Below are positions 13,801 through 26,700 of a stretch of 64,000 bases of DNA, in pieces. Under the pieces are notes generated by a model that did not search any database, was not told the DNA's origin, and saw only the letters and a program-made list of their open reading frames with translations. The stretch spans positions 10,747,231-10,811,230 of the forward strand of contig MU054187.1 in NCBI GenBank assembly GCA_013239625.1, read 5' to 3'. The translations under genes were made by a program, and so were the position numbers. The stretch is from Lama guanicoe (lineage: Eukaryota). Numbering within the stretch: the stretch's first letter is position 1; every line of letters begins with the position of its first letter.

Positions 13801-14162
13801 AATTTGTTGTTTCGTAATACTGTATGTCTGTACTCCACATGGTTTTTTTCTTTAGAAAAAAATCTTAGAGAAAGTCACTCTTAATGATTGGGTAGAACTA
13901 AAAACAATAAAAATAGGTGATTCTTTGAGATTCACACCTCATTGTTTACTGAGTCTAAAATAAACACAGACTAGGCAATGGAGCATGGATGTGGCAACTC
14001 CAGCGAGTGTTTCTTTTTCTTTTTTAGCGTCTTACATGTTATTTCGCCTCATTCAGTGTTTGGGCATTTAGCTTGAGTTAGTAGAAGACACTGAATTGCC
14101 CACAAACTTGAACTTTCTACGATAGCTGTAGGACTTCTTTGCTATTTAGGGAGCTACTTTCT

Positions 14163-14316
14163 ATGTTTCTTTTTTTTTTTTTTAATTGAAGTACAGTCAG
14201 TTACAATGTGTCCATTTCTGGTCTACAGCCCCATGTCCCAGCCTTGCATATACATACATATATTCATTTCCAAATTTTTTCCATTAAAGGTTATTACAAG
14301 ATATTGAGCATAGTTC
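14163..14316 (-). mobile_element. Short 3'-end L1 insertion with poly(A) tail
   Basis: Poly-T followed by an L1 3'UTR-like sequence similar to 48270-48420. TSD agggagctactttct (14148-14162) and agggagctccttcct (14317-14331), 13/15 identical. Confidence 0.8.
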
Positions 14317-15159
14317 AGGGAGCTCCTTCCTGACGAGCACCGACCACACTTCCGGGTACCGTGTCGCGGCGGACACTTGATGGTAGAGCTGCTTTCTACT
14401 GTTGATGGTTATTTTCCACTGCTCATTCCCAGAATGAGTTCTGTAAAGATCACTTCTGGTTTTTGTCCCCAAGACCAACTTTTTTTTTTTCTGGATAAAA
14501 TAGACATTCCGTTGACTGTTTTTCCCCCTTTTACTCATTATTCCATGGAGAAAATTCTTCACAAAACTTGTAAAAGGGGTTTGGGGATAAAATGCAGTTG
14601 CATGTATTTTTACTTAGCAACTTCATCCTTTAAGCATGCTTAGCCTCACTGTATCTTACACCAGAACCTCGATGGAGTCTGACATAGCTTTCCTCCCTCG
14701 TAGACGTTGTAAGAAGTCTTACCTGGTCGCTTCAGCTCTCAGCTAGCTGGGAACCAGCCCTCCTCTGAGGTATAAAGTACCCGTAACCACTTACTGCCCA
14801 TGCCACTGTCGTATGCAATTTTTCCCTCTTCAATCAAATTTTAAACTCCTTGGGAGTAGGAACCTACTTTCCTCGTCCTTTCCTTCCCCACTGGTCCTGC
14901 ACACGTGTAGCTGAGCAGGCTGAGGCATGATGGTGCCATGATACTGAATCTATGAAGAAATGAACAATCTGGTATACATAAGGTTATTTTTTAAGTTATT
15001 CTTTCTGAGCACAGGTCAGTGACTTCATGCCAAAACACAGTGCAGGTAGAGCAATGCTACCGAGGACCAATAACGTGGCCTGTGTTTTTGGCTACTTAGA
15101 GGAGTGGAAGGACCTCCTATCCTTTCAGCCATCTTCCATGGATTCTGTCTCACTAAACT

Positions 15160-15345
15160 AGCAGTTCTTGGAACTTTGGCATGTCTCAAAGTCATCTGGA
15201 GGGTTTGTGAAAGCACAGATAGCTAGGCCCCATTCTCAGAGCTTTTGATTCAGTGGATGTGATGTGGGACCCAAGAGTCTGCACAACTAGTTCCCAAGCA
15301 TGTGGACACTGCTGGTCCAGGGACCCCCACTTTGAGAACCACTGC
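15160..15345. mobile_element. MER5A hAT-Charlie element
   Basis: ttttgattcagt...ctggtccagggacccccactttgagaaccactg terminus. Confidence 0.85.
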
Positions 15346-17159
15346 TCTAAACTGAGCTTTAGATGAGTGTTGTCAGTTTCGCGTGAGCCTTTTCTGACTA
15401 GGAACTGCTCTACAATCCTTCTGCATTGTCTGTTGATAAAGCATGCATGTAAAATATCAATTACAGAGTGTGTTGCCTACGGGAAGTTCATGGAATCGAA
15501 ACTGTATCACTGCTGATAAGATCTGGTGTCCAGATTTTAGAGTGCATTCAGTATTTGGGGATTTATGAAGTCCTCCCTTTCTGTGAGGAAGTGCAGGTAG
15601 ATAAGTGAGCCAAATATGGTCCCTGTGGAGCCTGTAATGTATCAAGGAAAAAGAATAGTAAGTAGGCAATTAGAAAATTCGGAGGTCTAATTTCCATCTC
15701 AGAGATCCAGCCTGATCTATTATCTTGGGCATGCGCCTCAATTTCGAATTTGTGATGATTATGATACTTACATACTTCCATGAATTAAATGAGGTATCAT
15801 ACGGCCTTGTATACTATTCACGTGAGTCACAAACTAAACAAAAACAGTAAGAATGCTCCTAGTGCAGGTAGGAGAGACCACGATAGATAGAAAGAAAAAG
15901 ATGAGTGTAGAGCATTGTGTCGGTGTCTTAGGCACATTTTGGGACCATCCAACACCGAAGTATACTTGCTATCCACGTTGCTGTGCAGGGCACACCGGCT
16001 TCCCTCTTAAAAGGTGTGAATTTATTTTGTATTTATTATATTGCAAAGGGCACGGGTGACAATATCTCTTTGAATTTTTGCTTAGGAACTAAGAATTATC
16101 AGACACTTGGAGACTTGTTTATCCAAGGGGTTATATGTTAAAAATCTGAAGGTGAGACCGAATTAAATAAAGTGATGTTTTGATACATAGAGGAGATGAT
16201 TTGACAATTTTTCTGTTTATTTTTTAAAAGGCTTGATGAACTTATGTGGACAGAAATATATTTACTTTTCACTTAAGAAGACCTGGTTCAAGGACAGTTT
16301 CTTTCGATGGAAATTGTTTTTAGGCTTACGTAATCCTAATGAGGACTACTTTTCTTTTAACCTCTGCTCTAAGGTGCTTGCATTTTCAGGCGTATGAGTA
16401 AGCGTTTTGGTGAGCTGCAGTTACTCTGGAAGTAATCACCATCACTGTTAGTGAAAAGGTGACTCCTCCATTAGCACAGACTTACGGATCTTGTTTTAGA
16501 TTTGAGTGTGTTTTCCCTTTTCCCTCGCTGTTGTGGTAGCTTTCCTTGGGGTGTGGGGTCCTTTGCCATGGAAGGAATGAGAAGGAAGCAGGCTGCAAGG
16601 AGAACACACTTGACTGGAGGTGAGGGTCGTGGGTTCTGCTTCTGAGTCTGCTAGTCTGTCTCCTGGGCCACTGTCCTTAAATTTTAACACCTTGAGTTCC
16701 ACGTCCGTTGAGTCATGAACTGAGTTTCTTCTCCTTGGGAAAGAGAAGTCTGAGAGGTAGCCAGATTAACTGATTACATCTATGAAATTTTTTTGAACTA
16801 AAGATGGTGGCTACCTGCTCTCTACATAAACCACAAATGGGTCAAGAAGAAATAGCTCGCTGTAAGATAAGACAAAGACAAATGCTGTGGCTGTGAAAGT
16901 TAGTACAAATCAGAAAGGATCATGAATGGAGGCTGTATCACATAGAATTCTTTAAAAGTAGGACAGACTCTTTCCATCTCTGTCTTTTTTTTCCCTTTTG
17001 GCTGTGAGAATTTTACCAAGTTTTAAAAATCCAGTTTCTTTATCTTCCCTAGGCTTTGGAACCAGGGAATCTGAGTTTGAATTAAACTCTTCTGCTTATC
17101 AGCTCACTTTTCCATCTAGAAAATGGAGATGAAGGTTACCCGTGAGTGTAGCTGCAGAC

Positions 17160-17541
17160 CGGATCAGTTGGGGTGCTGGAGATAAAACAGATGCGGCAGA
17201 GATTTATTTTAAGGAATTGACTCATTCAGTTGTAGAGGCTGGCAAGTCTGAAATCTGTAGGGCAGGCTGGCAGGATGGAAACTCAGGCAGGAGTTGGTGT
17301 TATTACAGTCCAGAGACAGATTTCTTCTTCGGAAAACCTCAGAGTTTGTTCTTGAGTCCTTCAACTGATTAGATAAGGCCCACCCACACTATCAAGGAAA
17401 ATCTCCTTTACTTAAAGTCAGCTGATTATAGGTGATAACCACGTATGCAGAATACCTCTACAGCAACACCTGTATTGGTGCAAGATTAAATAACTAAGGA
17501 CTGTGGTGCAGCCAAGTGGACAAATAAAAGTAACCATCACA
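17160..17541 (-). mobile_element. MLT2-family ERVL LTR
   Basis: gatttattttaaggaattgactca...gccaagtggacaaataaaagtaaccatcaca. Confidence 0.85.
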
Positions 17542-18037
17542 CAGTTGTCATGTTAATAATAGCTAGTATATAGTTACTGTATGAGCTAAGTGTTCACATG
17601 GATTCTTTCATTTAGTTCTAACAAGAAACACAGGAGGAGACATTATTATAATCTTAGAAAGAATAAAATTTGCCATTGCCCCACAGTCACTTGCACAAGC
17701 ATGGGAGCCAGGCCATGTATGGGGCAACCAGAGTCCTGTTCCCAAGGGTTTCATATTTAAATTGGAAGAGAGAATGTTCTTCTTTGCCATCTTAAGGCTC
17801 AAAGCTGTGCTGATGTGCTGACAGCCATGTCCCCCATGCCATGGAAGAGGCTGGTTTAAGAGCATGAGGCCAACATGCGTAGAGATGATGAGAGTCAGAG
17901 AATAGTAACCACGACTGTTTCAAGAGATTATTCATCTTCTACAACTTGACCTCGTTAACTAAGTGTTGCTTTTCTTTCCCTGAGCAACGTTGAGTTGGCT
18001 TTCTGTTACTTGTTATTAGAGTCCAGCATGATCCTGT

Positions 18038-18390
18038 CATATTGCTGTCCAAGTGATGGGTAACAAACAACTGTAAGATCTCAGTAGCTCAACCCACAAA
18101 GGCTTATTTCTCACTCACACTCATTGTCCATCTTGGGTGAGTGGTAAGTTCTGGTCTCTGTCATCTTCACTTAAGAACATCCACTTTCTGATTTGTAGCT
18201 GGCCACCATGGCAGAGGGACAAGAACATGGGAGATTGTACACTGGCTCTTAAGGCTTCTACCCAAAGTGACGTAAATCACTTTGCACATTTCATTGTCTA
18301 AAGCAAATCACCTGGCCACCCAGAACTGGGGAAGTGTAATCCTGCCACATGCCCAGAATGGAACAACCAGGAAAATTGATGACTATCACT
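18038..18390 (-). mobile_element. MLT1 (MaLR) LTR
   Basis: gtaacaaacaac...tctcagtagctcaa...ttatttctcactcac...aagcaaatcacctggcca...gggaagtgtaatcct. Confidence 0.75.
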
Positions 18391-20049
18391 AATAAATATT
18401 GAACGGCTCATACAACTTATCATTCGTGTAAAACACATTGGATGGTTTGTTGGTAATGAGTAACTGATTTGAAGAGAATGTAAATCCTTATTTCAAAATT
18501 ATTATTTTTTTAATTTTTTGTCATGATTTTTGCTTATTTATAAAATACTTTCCTTCTCTGAGGTTATAAAGATTTTTTTCTTGTATTTTCTTCTAATAGT
18601 TTTTCCCCCCATTTAAGCTTTTAATAAATCTGGAGTTTATTTTTGTATGGGGCTTGAATTAGGAATCTTAATTTTTTTTTATATATAGAAAGCAAATTGT
18701 CCTGGTATCTTTTTTAAATAGTCCATTTTTCTCTTCTGATATATAAGGCCATCTCTAAAATATATTAAATTCTCATCTTTACTTGGGTGTGTAGGGGATT
18801 TTGATTTTTCATTGCAATGTTCCACTTATTTTACAGTAAAAAAAAAAACTGGAAACAAAAATAATGTATGTTACTTTTGAGTTTTGAGTAAAAGTATATT
18901 TGCTGGATTAATCTTTGTAGTTTTTTTTATATTTCCCCCAAATATAAAGAAGTCATATTGTGCCAAAACTGTTATTTTTCTTTTTAAAGTTGTTAAAAAT
19001 ATTACAGATAAAATTCTATTACAAATAACTTTGCTTTCCAAATACTTTTTATGCCCAATTATGCTTTACTTTAAAAAACGATATGAAGGTTTTCCAACTA
19101 AATATATAAAAAATGGATAGTCTCTGAGAATCCATTTTAAAGAAGACTGACCTCAGTTCATCCTCAATCTAGTCTCGGTTTGAAGAATACGCCTGCTTTA
19201 GGGAATGCAGTCTTATTTTCTTTCATAGAATATTACGATTTTGAAAAGTGATAACATCATGTTCTTGGCTTCAGGGAATAAAGACTAAGCTTTGGAAAAA
19301 GCCCAAGGATTGAATATCGACCTTGGAAATGTCTCCTAAGGGAATATGTTAGAGACACACTTTACCTCCTTAATTTTGTTTGATCCATTAACCAAAATTT
19401 CATTTCATTTGTAAAACAATGCTACAGTTCTCACCTGTGCTTTAAACTAATTATTTGGGGCTGATGAAAGAAGAAAAGGCTGAGGACAGAAATGATGTGT
19501 ATCTGTGTACTTAGTGAATTCTCTACAACTAAATAGCCTATTTGTGAGTGACATGAGTTGAATTCAGATGTTAGTAATGGTGGGTCAAGTCTAGTCCATC
19601 TGAAACTGACAAACAGTTTCAGTCTTATTCCGTATGTTATAAGGAATGTTGGCTATGTTGTGATTTGGTTAAATATAAAAACGTGGAGAATCAACACATT
19701 TCTCTAGGCAGAGTTGTTCATCGTGGCATGAAATAAGTGGAGAATATCCTGAAGCAAAATAAAATATGCCAATTTCTCACATTTTCAGTAGAACAAGGCA
19801 TGGGAATGTGAGCAAATCAGAGGAATTTTGCAGTGAACCTTCTTTCCCACCGTAACGCAGCAGTACTAGGCTGCTGTGACAAATCGAAAGTTACATCACA
19901 GCCTAAAAGTCAGGTTCCAGCTTGACTTTTTTCCTCATGTGGCTTCCTAAGAATGACATAGAGAAAGAAAGTGAACAGCATGGGGGAAAGTAGAGAAAGG
20001 ACAGCCTTTAGAAGATTTGCCAAAGGAAACAGAATATTTCCATGTAGCG

Positions 20050-20500
20050 TTTGGGAAGAGACAAGTGGTCAAAGGTGAAATTAGAGAATTCATCAGGAAT
20101 TAGTTCATGCAGGTGCATATAACGATCTGTAGGAGTTTGGACTTGATTCTGAATGTGATAGCAAGCCATTGGAGGGCTTTGAATAGGTGGGTGAAATAAT
20201 TAGATGAGAGCGATACAAATGTACTCTTGCTTCAGTTTGAAAAAATGGATTGGAGAGGAGCAAGGCTGAAGGTGGTAACACCTGTTAGGAGAGCATTACT
20301 GTGATCTTGGGGAGAGATGATGGTGGCGAGGAGCAGGGAGTGGCATCTGGATTGGAGAGGACTGACTAGATTCGAGACCTAGTTATGAGGTGCCTTCAGT
20401 CGGACTTAGCATCTGACTACCTGTGGGGGTGCAGGTGAAGGAGGATTCAAGAATAACCCCATAGTAGTGAAACTGAGGGCGTAGGCGTGCCGTTTCTGAG
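20050..20500. mobile_element. L2 fragment
   Basis: ggagtttggacttgattctg...agccattggagggctttgaatagg...atggattggag pattern. Confidence 0.75.
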
Positions 20501-20716
20501 AGAGGAAACTCACATCCCTTGGCAATTATTACATGAATTTTAGGTGCCAAGTATTATACAAAGTCATTTTGTTTCTAAATTTATAACATTTACTACAGTT
20601 TTAATGATGAACTTCATCTTGTTTTGGATTCATATGCTTTTTACAGTAAGCTCACAATTTCTCATTTTAAGTGGATAGTTATCTCAATAATTTAGTTCTA
20701 AAAATAATATTTCCAC

Positions 20717-20735
20717 TGTTGCCATCTAGTGGCCA
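20717..20735 (-). promoter_or_regulatory. CTCF motif TGGCCACTAGATGGCAACA
   Basis: Close match to the CTCF core consensus CCACYAGRKGGCR. Confidence 0.65.
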
Positions 20736-23700
20736 CTATTAGTTATGGTGCCTTTCATTTAATTTCGTCCTCAAGATTTCATTTCTTGAATTGTATCGCT
20801 CTGAGAAAGAAATAAATATTAACTATTAAAGAACCAACATCTTTGAAAATGCTGTGGAGACCCCTTTAATTGAATGAATTATAGTACGTAGAATGTTAGT
20901 GATATGAAGATACCGTTAAATTTTTTTAGCTTAAATTCTACAGTTTTTCTAGAGTAGGACTTGAAACAATTTATTTCAGCAGCTTTAGGGAGAATTTAGC
21001 AAAAAATTCAGCTGTAATTTGAATTCTTCCATTTCGTGTCAAGTAAGAGGATGTATCTCAATGGCAAATATTTGGAAGAGTTACAAAGGGATTTTTATGC
21101 ATGCAAATACCTAGTGAACAACTTTTGTGTGCCCGGGGATTACCACTGTCATCCTCTGGGAGACACAGAGAACAGAGCATGAGGTTTTCGCTGGACATAT
21201 AATTTTACTGGGGGAAGATAGCAACCTATACTGTTTCCACCTCTCTCTGAATCCAACTATTCCTCCCTCTCTCTCTCTCCTCCTCTCTATCTCTCCCTCC
21301 CCAAACAGTAATTCAAGATTCTGAACATCTGGAAAGGAGCCTCCTATTCCTACTGACAATCATTGGCCAAATGCTAATTGTGAACTCCTCGATGTCAAGG
21401 AATGTGTTGTGTTTTACACTTCTTATGTTTGCTTCACCAGGTCAAACAAACAAACAAAATTAAAGTCAGAACTAGCAGTCTGACCTAATCAGTACACATT
21501 ATTGCTGTGTACTACGAGACATTTAGAAATACATGAGCTCAGATCCTTGTGGTTTAGGAATTTATGGTCAATTAGGGGAGAAGCCTGTGGACAACTGTTG
21601 TATTAGAACTATATTACTAAAACAATTACATAACACAGGGGAACTGGGAGGGCCAATAGCAAACCAGTCAGCTTCAAGCACCTAGCCTGGAGTTCGATGC
21701 TGTGGGGTAGAAAACGAACATCCATATTTTGTCCAAAGTGTTCAGTGCAATGGAAACCTACAGATTCTGAGTGCAGAGAAGGAGAAAGTGTGCTGGGTCC
21801 TTTTCAGGGTACGTGTTATAAAAGCACACCCTTTATTCTATATCTGTTCCTAGGAAGGCAGTACGCATCGAAGTATAGCAACTTTTACACTAACTGGCAA
21901 CTTTGGGGACATATTTTTGTCTCAACCTCTGCCCCCCAATTCCCTGCCACCGAACAGTAGGAAATGTGTCCTATTCACCCTTTATAACCTCCCAGGCCCT
22001 AGCACAGAGTTTGGATGTGATTTAAAAAATAAAAAAGAAAAAGGCTTGATGTCTGTTTACTGAATTTATCAGCATGTTTCTAAGCTTATAATATTTCCTA
22101 AAATTTGATGATGAATTAGTTCATCATTAGTAACTAATCATTGCAATCAATTAATGGTGAATTCCGTCTTGTACAGTACACAGTGCAACTCTTAGTGGCT
22201 TTGTAAACTGAGACAAGTCAGCTCACCCCTGCGGTCTTCAGTTCCCTCTTTGGTGAAGTGAGGAGGTTCTGCCATCACTTTGGAGGTCTCCTCTGGTTCC
22301 TGCAGGCTTACTGTCCCTCTCACCTGTGCCCCTTCACGGCTTTCACAGTGAGACAGTCTCCTTTCTTCCAGCCTCCCAGATATTTCTCCATCCTCATTTC
22401 AATCCCTGTATTTTCCTAAATGTTATCCTGATTAGGCTCCCAACTTCCAGGTTACTTAAAAAGCATCAACTAGCTCTGAGAGTGGTTTTTCCATTTGGCA
22501 GTTTAACTTGTAGAAAGAGCCATGTGAGTATATACATGCTGCTTTATTATGTTTGCTAATTGTGAAAACATTCCAGAGTGTGGTATATGATAATTTTTTT
22601 TTAGCCAAAATCTTATCAAAAGACTTTTAAGTTGTTTATAGTCTTTCTTATTTTAAATAGTGCTCAATAAATATCCATGTATCTCTGTTGTTGATGAGTT
22701 ACTAGGTCAGCATTCAAATGTTTACTTTTGAGATACATTGCTAAATTGTGCTGCATTGTGTAAGAGCCACTCCTTTTATCTTGTGAATTGTCTCTGTATA
22801 TTTCTTATTCGATTCTTTTAGTCTATTTTTTTCTTTCATTCATGGCATCTCTTCTAAAGAAAAGCAAAATATATGGACCAAAAATAAAGCATTTTACAGC
22901 CTTGAAACATAGATTATAGAAATGAGGACACTAAAATACAGCCTGTGATTTTTCTGTAGCCACTTTATCTGTTTAGAAGGCTGCAGGGCCTCTTAATTAA
23001 TTTAAAAGCCTAATAGGTACGCTTAAACAAAGCTAATTAACATTCCCTTGCAGTTGAACAATGATTAATATCTGTGAACACTATCCTATTTATCTTAAAT
23101 ATATACTCACAAGTTAATTAGCATAAGTCTGAAAGGAATATGTAATCAAACAATTATCAGGAGCAAAACATAGTGCACTGAAATAATATTATGAAAATCC
23201 AGGAGTTTTATCACAAAATAGAGTTACTGTTTTGGCACAGAAGAATTTACTTATATAATCTAGCCTCCCTATCAAAGAAATGATTTTATAGCAGTTTGAA
23301 AAAGTTTCAAGTACTCCTGAGTTATTCGTGCTATATTTGAATTGTTTTGCTAAATATGCAGTTTTAGCATTGGGAAAATTTACTGAAAAAGCAGTTTACA
23401 GCACAGCAGTGTCTGACTCAGCAAATCTTCTCATTTCGGTAGCCAGGGCTGTCTTCCTGGGCATGTGACCTGTGCAAAGTCACATAGGCCCCTGTGTTCA
23501 GAGGTCACCCCCGACACCCGAGCCCTGTCTGCCTCCCCTTCCTGGTCACTGAGAAGCATCAGGCATGGGAAGCCCCTTGGTGAGGTTTCCTGTTATTACA
23601 GGAGTTTTGAATCTGTGCAGTTCACTGTTTCCAAGTGTTTCCAAATTACTTCTTGAGGACCCCCACTCAAGCTGGAACGGACATCAGTAAGAAGCTTTGT

Positions 23701-26700
23701 AATGTCACCTTTGCTGTGGTGGAGCTGACACCTCTTCCTTGGTGAACATTTATGCTCCTGAGGCAGGCCGTTGGGAGGCAGGAGTGCCAGAAGCCTGGGA
23801 GTGATTCCTGTGGCCACCAGGCCATGTTCCATCCCTTGCTGACTTGTTCGTTCTCACACTGGCAGCTCTCCTCTTAACTTTCTGGGTTCTCCACCCCCCC
23901 CAATCTTGTGGAAGCCTGAGAGTTACTACAGATGAGTGAGTCGATTTGTCTTTTGACTCTGCACATCCTTAAGGTGATTCAATGATCATTTGTCAGTTGG
24001 AGCCTGACATCAAAGTTAGCTTGGATTTGGTTTATTTTGACATAGGGATCCTGTATTGGATCATCACGGGAGCAACGAAATATTGGGTCTCTTAGCATCC
24101 TTGAACCCTAGAGAGGGACGACTTTCAAGGTAAGAATATGGTTTACTCTAGACCACTGGGTTCACCCAGGTCCTAAAATAAAATATTATAAGTCTGTTAC
24201 CTAACCTGTGGGGCAGTCTGAGTCATTGCTTTTTAGGACAGTTCTTGTAGACTTGCCATGAGGATTTGGTGGTGGATTCAACTTTGGACTGTCATAGAGC
24301 ATATAGCTGGGTGTGGGTTGTGCGATAGGTTACAGCTCACACGTCATCTAAGGTTTTTTCCAGAGAGGGTCATTTACGTCTGACAGTGTTTCAGTCTGTA
24401 ACCCACCTGTGCCACATATACCGAGGACCACGCAAAACACATGAGACAAAACCTGGTTATTTACCACCACTGAAAACTAACTCAAAAGAAAGGAAACAGT
24501 TGAGTTTTGTTTCCAGTTTCGCTTCTTCCCGTAATTCCATGAAGAATTAAAATATAGGCAAATAAATTACTTTAAAAAAAGCAAAACAAATAAAATTAAC
24601 TCTCTTTTATTTTCCTGTTATAATGAAATTGTTAGAGAATTTTTATTATTGGATCTCAGCTTGGTAGATTTCCTGAATTGTCCTGACTTTTTTGGCCATG
24701 TAAAGTATCAAAAAGGGCACAAAAATGCTTGCTGTTTGAGGGAGGAATCAAAGATATGGGAATGTAATATCCATGCTGCCAAGTAAAAGGCGTGGAATAA
24801 GATTGACAGAAAGTATTTTTAATTCACAGTGTGGAGAGGTGAGTGTAAGAGGGAGGGAGTGTAGTCCTGGCTTGTAAAGCAGGGGTTGGTGCTGGGGACC
24901 CAACCATGGGCTAAAAGCCTGTGTGGACACAGAGAGGAAACAAATGGGAGAATAACATGGATGATTCAATCTGCTGGTCTGCTGGTGGCTTTAGTTGTAG
25001 TAAATTTAAACATGGTTTCCATCCTTCTTGCAGTGTATTTTCGTAGAACATGGTGGCAGGGTCCAGAATCGTAGAGAAGGGTGAAGATAGGTTAGATCGT
25101 GAATATACAGAATTCTATGGCTATGACGGTCTGGGTAATAAACTGGGAGGCTGTGTTTCTGTCAGTGACTCAGTTGGGAGACATGAGGCATGATGGGTCC
25201 TCCTGAGAGCCCGTGGGTGAAGGAAGGTCATCCACTTGCACTGGGACCGGGAGCTTCGTGGGCCACACTCTTCTCCCTACAGATCCTGGTGGTGATGTCT
25301 CAGAAGACTGCTTCCTTGGGTGGCTTGGGGTGCAAGGGGCTGCTAGAGCATCCCCCTTCTGGTGGAGTTGTGGTGTGGGTGGCTCAGGGAGGGGAAGACC
25401 AACCTGGAACAAGAGGCCGGGGGCTGCCCCGCAAGTAGGATGCTGTGGAGGCCGAGCATGAGCTGTGGATCTGCTGCCTCTGCCTTGTGGCTGCAGAGTC
25501 ATGTAGAGTGACTGTACCCATAAAAATTGGAAAATAATTGCCTTTTACTTAACACGATTACCTGAAGAACTTACTAAAGGTCAAATTCTATGTTAAAAAT
25601 TTTTCTTGTTAGCATTTCACTACTTTTCTGTATACCTGGCTGTCTTTGATTTTTATATTCATATTATACTTTTTCTTAGATTTTTTTTAATCATTATAGA
25701 GTATCTCTTTCACTGTTTTTCATGGAGGGTGTGAATTTCATGTCTGAAAATATCCTTTTTGCCCTATACATTTGATTTGTAACCTGCCCTGTTCATGGAA
25801 TTCTCAGGTCATATCCCCCACTCACCCTGGTGAGCATCTTAAAGGTACTGCCCTTTTGTTTTTTAACACTGAGTTTTACTGATGGGAAGTTTAATAGCAG
25901 GCAGATGCTTTTTATTCTATAGACAGCATTTTCCCCCTCTGACATCTTTTATTATTTTATTTTTGTGTGTGAACTCATAACATTTCAGCAGGGCATTTCA
26001 GTTATGGGTCTTTTCATTAATTGTGAGCTTTTTCAGTCTGAGGCTTTGGGTATCTCTTTAGCCTAAAGAAATTTTATTGTATTTTTCTTTATTTTCTTAT
26101 CTGCATTGTACTATATTCTGAAATGCTTCTTAAAACAGTGTCGGTTGGTCCTTCCATACCTTTTAATTTATATTCTCCCCTTTTATGAATTTTTGTTTCA
26201 TTTATTGTTAGATTTATTCAACTTTAGTTTTTAGATCACTAACATTGCCTTGAATTCATAGTCTTTCCATTTATATTTTGATTTTAGCAATAATATTTTA
26301 ATCCTCATCCACTCTATTTTCCTCAGAGTTCTCATTTCTTATGGCAGCAAAATGTTCCCGTTTTATAAATGCAACACTCTCTTCAGTAGTTTCCTGAAAT
26401 AGCTCTATTTCTTCCAGTCTCAGTTGTCCTGTTTATACACTTGTACAAACTTTTCCTAACATGTTGATTCATAAATATAAATGAAAGATGTGGTTGCTAA
26501 TTATAGATAGCTTGTATGGGTTTCTCTGTACTTGAATAGATTTTCCCATCCGACCTCTTTCTTGGCGGGGAAGGCTTGGTGAATGAGCTTAGAGAGGTTA
26601 GCCATCAGACCTCCTTACACAATACACAGTCCCCAGGAAAGGAGGACTCTGCTCTGGGGACAGGATGCACTCTGTCCTCGCCTTCCATGAAACGTGGAGC

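Noticed and set aside
19563..19622. Hairpins ctgaaactg-acaaa-cagtttcag and ttcagatg...catctgaa as a structured ncRNA or pre-miRNA
   Set aside because: Stems are only 8-9 bp, which is expected by chance in 64 kb.
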